Shown: positions 55,293-64,000 of the stretch, in pieces
Layout of the letters: every line of letters begins with the position of its first letter
How positions within the stretch are numbered: position 1 is the stretch's first letter
Source: an uncultured Planctomycetaceae bacterium
GTDB lineage: Bacteria; Planctomycetota; Planctomycetia; Planctomycetales; Planctomycetaceae
NCBI GenBank assembly: GCA_963813715.1
Contig: CAWFAK010000007.1
Coordinates: forward strand, 1,053,126-1,117,125
Length of the DNA stretch: 64,000 nucleotides
Reading direction: 5' to 3'
Position numbers and translations under genes: made by a program
Notes under the pieces: generated by a model
Database searches by the model: none
Seen by the model: the letters and a program-made list of their open reading frames with translations, nothing else
What the model was told of the DNA's origin: nothing

Positions 55293-56476
55293 AGGGTGTC
55301 CGGGAATTGAATTGAGCTAAACCCAAGGGCCTCCGGGCGTTTATGTTTTTTCTGCCAAGAAGAAACTAAACGCCGCAGGAGGGCCCAAGGATGGGAACTC
55401 GTGCCAAGGCCGGCACGTCGTTGGAAGCGTTGGTCAAGCTGGCGATGCCGCTTTTGAGGGAAGCCGAGCGGCAATGTCCGAGAACAGGGCCGGGAGCAAA
55501 GCCGATCATTCCGGACTGGTTCGTTGGAGTGTTGATTATGGTGGCTGTGCTGAAACGAAAGAAGACCAAGTCCGCCCAATTTCGTTTCGTAACCGACAGC
55601 GCGAACCGGCACAGATTCGAGACCTCACCGGAGAAAAGCAGTTTCCCTCGCGAAGCACGTTTTTCAGTCGGTATCGACGCTGTCATCGGCTCTTTACGGA
55701 GGCCATCAAGCGGCAAGGGCAGCAAGCGATCGCGGAGCAGATCGTCGACGCCAGCCAGGTCGCGGTGGACAAGAGCCTGGTTCCCGCCCGAGGTCGTCCG
55801 TGGCACAAGCACGAAAAGGAAAAGGGGAAGATTCCCCGGGGTGTGGATCGCGAGGCGGCGTGGGGCTACTCCGAACATCACGGCTGGGTCTACGGCTACA
55901 GCTTCGAGGTGGTGGTCTCTTGCAAGCGGAAAAACACGGTGTTTCCGCTGCTGGCTTCGGTGGGAACCGGGAGCGCCGCGGAGGTGCGAACGTTCGCGGA
56001 AAAAATTGACCATTTACCGCGTGAAGTGAAATGCGTCTCAGTGGATAGCGCCTACGACGCAGGTTACCTCGGTGAGCGCATCGAATTTGATCAGGCAGGG
56101 CGGCGGACAGGGCGTCGCTTCTTGTGTCCCGAAAATCCCCGCTACCCTCGCAAAAAGACCAAGCGCTGCGGGGCCGACGCGGCGCGGGCCCACAGCCGCG
56201 AGCTGCGACGAGCCAGAAAGAAGTACTTCGAGAGCGCCGCCGGGCGACGCCTCTATCGACGGCGCAGCCGCACGGTCGAGCCCTTCAACAGCTGGTTGAA
56301 GTCACTCTTCGAACTGGACACGCGTGCGTGGCATCGCGGACTCGTCAACAACCAAACTCAGAATCCTTGCCGCCATCTTCGTGTATCAATTGCTTGTGCG
56401 CTACAACCACCGCTGCGGAAACAACAACGGACGACTTCGTTGGCTCACCGATGCCCTCTGAATTCCCGGACACCCT
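55293..56476 (+). mobile_element. DDE insertion sequence, copy 1 (IS5/IS982/IS1182-like DDE_Tnp_1 clan)
   Basis: Perfect 16-bp TIRs AGGGTGTCCGGGAATT (55293-55308) and its reverse complement (56461-56476). Near-identical inverted copy at 62823-64000. Confidence 0.92.
55391..56461 (+). CDS. DDE transposase (apparent indels near 55610 and 56362)
   Basis: VAVDKS (D), VDSAYD (D), YRRRSRTVEPFNSWLK (E) and WGYSEHHGWVYGY. Confidence 0.88.
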
Positions 56477-56496
56477 CAAGCAGAGCTTGGGACCAA
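56477..56496. repeat. REP-like hairpin fragment of the same family (second target site)
   Basis: CAAGCAGAGCTTGGGACC. Its first 16 bp are the reverse complement of 62700-62714-type CCCAAGCTCTGCTTG. Confidence 0.8.
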
Positions 56497-56523
56497 GAAA
56501 ATCAAAACACTGGCGGACGAGCC

Positions 56524-57852
56524 CACAACTGTCCGGTTAAAAGTCGAAGAGACACAGTTGGTTATGACAAGTGGTTGCCGGGTTTGGAACGGTCTGCTCG
56601 TTTAGCGCTTTAACTAAAGGGGTTTTCTCGAAAAGAGTGACACTCAGAATCTGCAAGATTTCGTAAAGGCTGCGCTGGATCTGGAGTTCGCGTTTCATGA
56701 TCGCCACCAGCACGTAGGTGCTCACCGCGATCCAGAGTTGAGTCTTCACGGCATTGGGTGTGTTCCCCAAGAAGTGCTTGATCCGCAGATGTTGCTTGAC
56801 CCACTTGAAGAACAGTTCGATTCCCCAGCGTCGCCGATACAGTTCGGCGACGGTCCACGCGGGAAGTTCGAAGTGATTGGTGACGAAGGTCAACCGGCGG
56901 CCGGTCTCCAGGTTCAAGTAACGGATCCGACGCAATCGATCGGGATACTTGCGTCGCGTGCGGTGATCCTTGAGAAGCACCGTCTGGTCGCTGCGCAGTC
57001 CCGTCGAGCGGTCCACCATACGCGAGGCCTGCCGGCGGACTGTCAGGTTGCACTTCGCGCGCACCAAAAAGAAGGCCCCCGCGCAGTGGATGCGATGCAG
57101 CCGTCGATAGTCGTTGTAGTCGCGGTCCATCAGATAGAAGGAGCCGGGTTCGATCGGCAGATCGTCCAGCAGAGCGCAGTCCCGCGTTTTTGTGCTGGAA
57201 ACCCGCAGAAAACAGGGAATGTTTCCCCGCAGATCCAACAGCGTGTGGAGTTTGATGCCAGCCTTTTGCCTCTGCGAGTGGGCCCACGGAAACAGCTTCA
57301 GACACAGCTCGATCACGGTCGCGTCGAGCGCATAGGCGGTGTGCTTCAGCTCGATGCCAAGATCGTCGGCCGCGTACAAGGGCCGCGCCCGCTCGATGAG
57401 GGCCAGCCCCAAGTCGCGATAGATTTGCCAGTCGCGCGTTCGGTTGGCGTCGGCCAGGGTGCTGCGCCGATCGCCCCGCGAAACCCGGCGTGGTAAAGCT
57501 TGTCGCTGACGGCCCGCAGACGAATCTCCAGGTCGCGAAGGCTCTCGCGTCCGGTCAGCTGCGCGAACGCCATGGCCAGAAACTGATCGCGACACGAGAA
57601 ACCTCGGACCCGCCGATGTCCTTGATATCGTCTCACGCACGAATCGAAAATCCGCCGCGGGAGAAACTCGAGCAGCTGCGGAAACACCATCTGACCCTCG
57701 TACATGACCTGCCTCCCTCCTGCTGGAATCAGCAGAAAGGATGGTCTCGAAAGCCATCGCAGCTGAAGTCGTGCGCCGCCTGGATCGACGATGAAACTCA
57801 GAATTCATGCGTATTTGCGTCGTGAGAGACTGTCGTTAACCGGACAGTTGTG
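56524..57852 (-). mobile_element. IS4-family insertion sequence with 9-bp TSD
   Basis: 17-bp perfect TIRs CACAACTGTCCGGTTAA (56524-56540 and 57836-57852). Direct repeat GGACGAGCC at 56515-56523 and 57853-57861. Confidence 0.95.
56537..57705 (-). CDS. IS4-family transposase (DUF4372-type N-terminus); apparent frameshift near 57470
   Basis: AFAQLTGRESLRD, ALDATVI, GIKLH, MDRDY and the YREK signature YRRRWGIELFFKWVKQHL. Confidence 0.92.
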
Positions 57853-57907
57853 GGACGAGCCGCCAGTGCCACTCGTGCCTGAAGCCGGCCCCCACTCCAA
57901 TCCGGGA

Positions 57908-57936
57908 TTGACCGAAAGCGGCCGGAAAAGGATCAT
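57908..57936 (+). promoter_or_regulatory. Possible sigma70 promoter of the LPS core operon
   Basis: TTGACC, 17-bp spacer, GATCAT; about 170 bp upstream of hldE. Confidence 0.35.
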
Positions 57937-58100
57937 TTCACTCGCGCTAATCGGCAAAGTCTCGGCCGAAAATCGCCCAACGCGCCCGATTGTCGCAAAG
58001 CTCACACTTGGAACCCGATCAAACCTGGAACCGGCCGGCTCACACCGGCCGCTCGCCTTCGGGGGGCAACGGACGCCTCCCGCAGTGATACCGCAAGGGA

Positions 58101-59626
58101 ATGCGGGCCGTGTCTTATCATTTGATTGATCTCGTCCAGAACCTGGGCCGTCCGCGGATCCTGGTGCTGGGCGATCTGATTCTCGATCGCTACACCTGGG
58201 GCGACGCCGAGCGCATCAGCCAGGAAGCCCCTGTGATTCTGCTCCGCGAGCGCAGCCGCGAGGTGCGCCTGGGCGGAGCGGCGAACGTCGCCAACATGCT
58301 CCGCGGCCTGGAGGCCGACGTGAGCCTGGCCGGCGTGGTCGGCAACGATGCCGACGGCCGCGAGCTGCGAGACGAACTCGAGCGGCAAGGCGTCGATTGC
58401 GCGTCGGTGATCGTCGACCCCGAGCGGCCGACCACGATGAAGGAACGCTTCATCGGCCCGCGCAGCAGCGGCATCCGCATCAGATTCTTCGCGTCGACCG
58501 CGAAGTCCGCCGCCCGCTGCCTGAGCCGGTGGCCGAGCATCTTATTCAATCGCTGCTGGCGACACTGTCGTCACACCAGGCCGTGCTCATTTCCGATTAT
58601 GGCAAAGGCGTGTGCACGCCCGAGGTCTGCCGCCGGCTTATTGCCGCGGCGCGACAAGCGGGGCTGCCGGTGATTGTCGATCCTTCGTCATCGGGGGACT
58701 GCCGGAACTTCGCCGGCGCCACGGCCGTCACGCCCAACCGCATGGAAACCAAGCGGGCGACGGGGCGCGAGATCGCGAAAATCGACGACGCGATCGCCGC
58801 CGGCCGCCGGCTCTGCGCGGACCTGGGGCTCGATCACGCGTTTATCACCCTCGACAGCGACGGTATCGTCGTGGCGCGAGCGGACGGCTCGGCCGAGCAT
58901 CTGGCCACGCGAAAGCGCGAGGTGTACGACATCACGGGCGCCGGCGACATGGTGCTGGCGATGATCGGCGTCGGCGCGGCGGCGGGCATCGCGCCCTTCG
59001 ATCTGGCGCGGTTGGCCAACGTGGCCGGCGGCCTGGAGGTCGAGCAGGTGGGTGTGGTGCCGATTCGTCGCGACGATCTGCTCGCCGATCTCTTCACGGC
59101 AGAGCGGCCGACGGCCGACAAAATCTGCTCGCTCGACGTGCTGGAGCGGCACGTGGCCGCTCGGCGGCGAATGGGCAACCGCATCGTGCTGACGAATGGT
59201 TGCTTCGACCTGCTCCACGTCGGTCATGTGAGCTACCTGCAAGAGGCGGCCCGCGAAGGGGACTGCCTGATCGTCGCCGTCAACAGCGACGCCAGCGTCC
59301 GCCAGCTCGGCAAGGGGCCCGATCGGCCCGTCTTCGCTGAGCAGCAGCGGGCCGCCATGCTGGCCGCGCTCGAGGCCGTCGACTACGTGACCATCTTCGG
59401 AGAGGCGACGCCCCACGCGATTCTGACCCGCTTGAAGCCCGATCTGCTCGTCAAAGGCGGCGGCTACGCGTCGCACGAAATCGTCGGTCACGAGCTGGTC
59501 GAAGCGTACGGCGGACAAGTGAAGGCGCTCGGGCACGTGCCGGGAATCTCGAGCACGATCGTCCTCGAACAACTGCGGAATTCCAAAGACCCGACCTCCA
59601 GCGAGTCCGGAAGGCAGGCCGCATGA
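58101..59626 (+). CDS. hldE: Bifunctional heptose-7-P kinase / heptose-1-P adenylyltransferase (apparent frameshift near 58460)
   Basis: GDLILDRY, RISQEAPV, GGAANVA, SDYGKG and DITGAGD; C-terminal TNGCFDLLHVGH and VKGG. Confidence 0.93.
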
Positions 59627-60669
59627 AAATCGCCCTCTTCCTCCCCAATTGGATTGGCGACGCCGTGATGGCGACGCCGGCCCTGCGGGCGCTGCGGGCG
59701 AAATTTCAAGATGCGGAAATCGTCGGCGTGCTGCGACCACCCATCGGCGACGCGCTCGCCGGACTCAATCACTTCGATCGTATCCTCGAGCATCAGCCGC
59801 ACGGTACGGCCGCCGACGCCCGCGGCTGGCGATTCGTACGACGACTGAAGAGTGAGCAATTCGACTTGGCCGTGCTGTTTCCCAATTCGTTGCGGAGTGC
59901 CGTTGTGGCCCGGCTGGCCGGGATCAAGCGGCGCGTCGGCTTCGCCCGCGACGGTCGACGTTACCTGCTCACCGACGCGCTCGAGCCCAAGCCGCGGGCC
60001 GTTCCGAATCCGGTGCTCGACGAATATCTGCGACTGGCTGGCCATCTCGACTGCGACGTCCGCAACCGGGCGACGCAGGCGGCCGTGCTTCCCGAAGATG
60101 AGCGCGAGCTGGCCCGCTTCTGGAAACCGCATCCGGCCGACTTTCCCACGCGCGGCGTCTTTTGCCTCAATCCGGGCGGAGCGTTCGGGGCGGCCAAGCA
60201 CTGGCCGACGGAAAACTTCGCCGACCTGGCGCGGAGCATCGTCGACCATCTGGGGCGAACTGTATTGGTACTGTGCGGCCCGGCCGAGCGGGAAGAAGCG
60301 CGGAACATCGTCCACCTGGCCTCGCGCGAGCGGGTCGTCAGCCTGGCGGACTTTCGCACGAGCATCGGCCTCACCAAGGCGGCCATTCGCTCAGCCGAAA
60401 TGCTGGTGACGACCGACTCCGGCCCGCGGCACTTCGCCCAGCCGTTCGGCGTGCCCGTGGTAACGATCTTCGGCCCCACGCATCAAAAATGGAGCGACAC
60501 GAACGACGCCCACGCCGTCCATTTGCAAATCCAGGTCGAGTGCGGCCCTTGCCAGCGGCGGACCTGCCCGCTCGGGCATCACCGCTGCATGCAGGACCTG
60601 TCGAGCGAATGGGCCTTCGACGCCGTGATCGCCCAGCTCCTGCGGCACCGCCGGCCCATCGCCGCCTGA
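59623..60669 (+). CDS. waaF: LPS heptosyltransferase II (GT9)
   Basis: PNWIGDAVM, NPGGAFGAAKHWP, TDSGPRH, FGPT and CPLGHHRCM. Confidence 0.9.
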   Translation: MKIALFLPNWIGDAVMATPALRALRAKFQDAEIVGVLRPPIGDALAGLNHFDRILEHQPHGTAADARGWRFVRRLKSEQFDLAVLFPNSLRSAVVARLAGIKRRVGFARDGRRYLLTDALEPKPRAVPNPVLDEYLRLAGHLDCDVRNRATQAAVLPEDERELARFWKPHPADFPTRGVFCLNPGGAFGAAKHWPTENFADLARSIVDHLGRTVLVLCGPAEREEARNIVHLASRERVVSLADFRTSIGLTKAAIRSAEMLVTTDSGPRHFAQPFGVPVVTIFGPTHQKWSDTNDAHAVHLQIQVECGPCQRRTCPLGHHRCMQDLSSEWAFDAVIAQLLRHRRPIAA

Positions 60670-60707
60670 CACATCACACGACCGTAATCCGAAACGAGAA
60701 ACCTCCG

Positions 60708-61855
60708 ATGCGCATCGCCCTAGTGAAACGCCGTTATTCGCTGAAAGTCGGAGGGGCCGAACGCTATTGCGTGAACCTGGCCCGCCGGCTCCGCACATAC
60801 GGCCACGATGTCACCTTCATCGGCGAGTCGATCGATCCCGAGCTGTCGAGCGAAGTCAACTTCGTGCCGATCACGGTCAATCGGCTCACGTCGTGGACCA
60901 AGAATCAGTCGTTCGCCGAAAACACCGGGCGGGCGGTGAAGGAAGGGCGGTTCGACCTGGCCTACGGACTGGGGCGGGCCTTCGAGCTGGACGCCATCCG
61001 CATCACCGACCGGCTGCAGTCGCACTGGCTCAACGTCTATTACCGCAATCCGGCCCACCGCGCGTTGCAAAGGCTCAACCCGCGGCATCGCACGATGATC
61101 GCGCTCGAGCGAACGATTTTTCACTCGTCGAACGTGCGGCGGATCGTCACGCAATCGCGGCTCGATCGCGAGCTGGTCGTCCGCTATTACGGCATTCCCG
61201 AGGAAAAAGTCTGCACGATCTATAACGGCGTCGATCTCAACGTCTTTCATCCGGGCGTGCGGGCCGACCGGAACGATCTGCGGGCCGAGCTGGGCGTCGA
61301 GCCGACGCGGCCGCTCTTGGTGTTCGCCTCGATGGACTTTCAGGGCAAGGGGCTGCGGTCGCTATTGCGGGCCTCGCCATCGCCCGCTCGACACGCGCAT
61401 TGCGGCTGGCCGTCGTCGGCAAGGGGCCCATCTGGCGATTCCGCCGCATGGCCCGGGCACTCGGCGTGGAGGAATCGGTCCTCTTCGTCGGCCACCGCTG
61501 CGACATTCATCGCTTCTACGGCGCGGCCGACCTGTCGCTGATGCCCACCACCTACGAGCCCTTCCCGAACGTGAATCTCGAATCGCTGGCCTGCGGCACG
61601 CCCGCGCTCACCACGTCGACAGCCGGCGGCGCCGACCTGATCGAGGACGGCAAGACGGGCTACCTCGTCTCGAACGTCCACGCGATCGAAGAGATTGCCG
61701 AGCGGATCGACGGATATTTTTCGCTGAGCTCGGCCGAGCGGGCCGTGATGTCGGCTGCCTGCTGGGACAAGGCCCAACAGATGACAGTGGAGAAAAACGC
61801 CCGCGAGACATGCGAGCTGTTCGAAGAGGTGCTGCGTGAAAAGTTTCGCGTTTGA
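60708..61855 (+). CDS. Glycosyltransferase family 4, WaaG-like (apparent frameshift near 61372)
   Basis: GGAERY, IYNGVD and PTTYEPFPNVNLESLACG. Confidence 0.88.
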
Positions 61856-62659
61856 CGGCTGGGACGGCGGACGCCTGACCGTCAATCGCGAGTTCGCCCC
61901 TCTGCTGACGCAGCATGCGTTGACGACGTTCGACGCCATCGCCAACTTCGCCGGGGGCCGCGTCGCCAAAAACGTCCTCCGCGAGCGGACGACCACGCGG
62001 CTCGACCTGGCCGACGGCAACGGCGCGTCGCGCACACTCTATTTAAAACGGCACCAGCGGCCCAGCGCGTGGGAGCTGGTGAAGCCGCTGTTCCGCTTGG
62101 CGCGGCCTATCGTCGGCGCCCGCAACGAGTGGGAGGCCATTCTGCGCTTCCACGAGAGCGGCATCGCCACGATGGTCCCCGTCGCGCTGGGCGAGTCGGG
62201 CAGCCGCTCATTTCTCGTGACGCAAGGCATCGAAGACTGCGAGAAGCTCACGGCCTGGATGCAGGCGCATCGGCATGCGCTACATAACGGCCAGCTCGCC
62301 GCGCTGCGCGACATCGTCGCCGGCGTGGCCGACGTGGCCCGCACGATGCACGCGGCTGGACTGCATCACCAGGATTTTTATCTCACGCATCTGATGGTGC
62401 CGCAACGCGGCCCGGCCGCTCCGATCCACGTGCTCGATCTGGGCCGGGTCCGTTTTCAGCCGCGGCTGGCCCGCCGCTGGATCGTGAAGGACCTGGCGCA
62501 GCTCAACTTCTCGGCCGCCGGCGTCTCGGCCAGCGACCGGCTGCGATTTCTCGGCGCTACCTCGGCCACCGACCAACGCGCAACGACCGCGCACTCGTGA
62601 CGCGGATTGTGCGCAAGTCCCGCGCTATCGCCCGCCACACGCAAAAGAACGGCCTCTGA
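61836..62659 (+). CDS. Lipopolysaccharide kinase (WaaP/InaA/Kdo family); apparent frameshift near 62555
   Basis: LYLKRH, ARNEW, HQDFYLTH, LDLGR and KDLAQL. Confidence 0.88.
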
Positions 62660-62693
62660 GCAGCCGCGCGGCTGGCGCGCGTCATTCGACTCT

Positions 62694-62822
62694 CTCGGAC
62701 CCAAGCTCTGCTTGGGACCGCACGTCCTCGAAGCTTCCGCTTCGATTCTTCTCGCTTCCGAACTCACTGGCTTCGCCACCGACGCAGAGCTTCGGGTAGG
62801 TGCGGCCCCAAGGGGGAGCTTG
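62694..62822. repeat. Composite REP/REPIN-like inverted repeat, truncated by IS copy 2
   Basis: Left arm CTCGGACCCAAGCTCTGCTTGGGACCGCAC...CGAAGCTTCCGCTTCG. Right arm CGACGCAGAGCTTCG...GTGCGGCCCCAAGGGGGAGCTTG. Confidence 0.85.
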
Positions 62823-64000
62823 AGGGTGTCCGGGAATTCAGAGGGCATCGGTGAGCCAACGAAGTCGTCCGTTGTTGTTTCCGCAGCGGTGGTTGTAGCG
62901 CACAAGCAATTGATACACGAAGATGGCGGCAAGGATCTGAGTTTGGTTGTTGACGAGTCCGCGATGCCACGCACGCGTGTCCAGTTCGAAGAGTGACTTC
63001 AACCAGCTGTTGAAGGGCTCGACCGTGCGGCTGCGCCGTCGATAGAGGCGTCGCCCGGCGGCGCTCTCGAAGTACTTCTTTCTGGCTCGTCGCAGCTCGC
63101 GGCTGTGGGCCCGCGCCGCGTCGGCCCCGCAGCGCTTGGTCTTTTTGCGAGGGTAGCGGGGATTTTCGGGACACAAGAAGCGACGCCCTGTCCGCCGCCC
63201 TGCCTGATCAAATTCGATGCGCTCACCGAGGTAACCTGCGTCGTAGGCGCTATCCACTGAGACGCATTTCACTTCACGCGGTAAATGGTCAATTTTTTCC
63301 GCGAACGTTCGCACCTCCGCGGCGCTCCCGGTTCCCACCGAAGCCAGCAGCGGAAACACCGTGTTTTTCCGCTTGCAAGAGACCACCACCTCGAAGCTGT
63401 AGCCGTAGACCCAGCCGTGATGTTCGGAGTAGCCCCACGCCGCCTCGCGATCCACACCCCGGGGAATCTTCCCCTTTTCCTTTTCGTGCTTGTGCCACGG
63501 ACGACCTCGGGCGGGAACCAGGCTCTTGTCCACCGCGACCTGGCTGGCGTCGACGATCTGCTCCGCGATCGCTTGCTGCCCTTGCCGCTTGATGGCCTCC
63601 GTAAAGAGCCGATGACAGCGTCGATACCGACTGAAAAACGTGCTTCGCGAGGGAAACTGCTTTTCTCCGGTGAGGTCTCGAATCTGGCCGGTTCGCGCTG
63701 TCGGTTACGAAACGAAATTGGGCGGACTTGGTCTTCTTTCGTTTCAGCACAGCCACCATAATCAACACTCCAACGAACCAGTCCGGAATGATCGGCTTTG
63801 CTCCCGGCCCTGTTCTCGGACATTGCCGCTCGGCTTCCCTCAAAAGCGGCATCGCCAGCTTGACCAACGCTTCCAACGACGTGCCGGCCTTGGCACGAGT
63901 TCCCATCCTTGGGCCCTCCTGCGGCGTTTAGTTTCTTCTTGGCAGAAAAAACGTCAACGCCCGGAGGCCCTGGGTTTAGCTCAATTCAATTCCCGGACAC
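62823..64000 (-). mobile_element. DDE insertion sequence, copy 2 (inverted; last ~3 bp beyond the window)
   Basis: TIR at 62823-62838 and AATTCCCGGACAC at the window end; nearly identical to 55293-56476. Confidence 0.92.
62838..63906 (-). CDS. DDE transposase, copy 2 (apparent indel near 63685)
   Basis: Same protein as copy 1; intact C-terminus QILAAIFVYQLL...WLTDAL. Confidence 0.88.

Noticed and set aside
55600..55625. Programmed ribosomal frameshift in the transposase
   Set aside because: There is no slippery sequence, and the two copies differ in indel size at this site.

Overview
GC-rich bacterial DNA, most likely a planctomycete. That assignment is an inference from the protein styles, the EF-Ts motif and the palindromic repeats. 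Bases 1-47.8 kb form one co-oriented minus-strand cell-surface polysaccharide locus. It contains an exosortase, EpsI, Wzc, a WecA-like initiating transferase, gmd/fcl, two separate Wzm/Wzt ABC pairs, a Wzy-like protein, about 12 glycosyltransferases and two acyltransferases. It also contains an LtaS-like transferase, a CDP-sugar/C-methyltransferase/DUF4910/aminotransferase/PIG-L module and a long TPR protein. After this come two small genes, tsf-rpsB with a clear promoter and structured leader, a strand-biased TCCCGTCCC repeat array, an amidohydrolase and an esterase. The window ends with an LPS core operon (hldE, waaF, GT4, kinase) between two inverted copies of a ~1.18 kb DDE insertion sequence. 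The strongest unusual signal is at these IS ends. Both visible insertion sites lie inside the same family of REP-like hairpins, and the target-site duplications are swapped between the copies. This implies that the 6.3 kb LPS segment has been inverted, and it predicts the sequence just beyond the window. A second, IS4-family element sits in the loop of a different REP-like hairpin. Over 20 genes carry single-base frameshifts, most likely uncorrected long-read errors, so several boundaries are approximate. No tRNA, rRNA or CRISPR array was seen.
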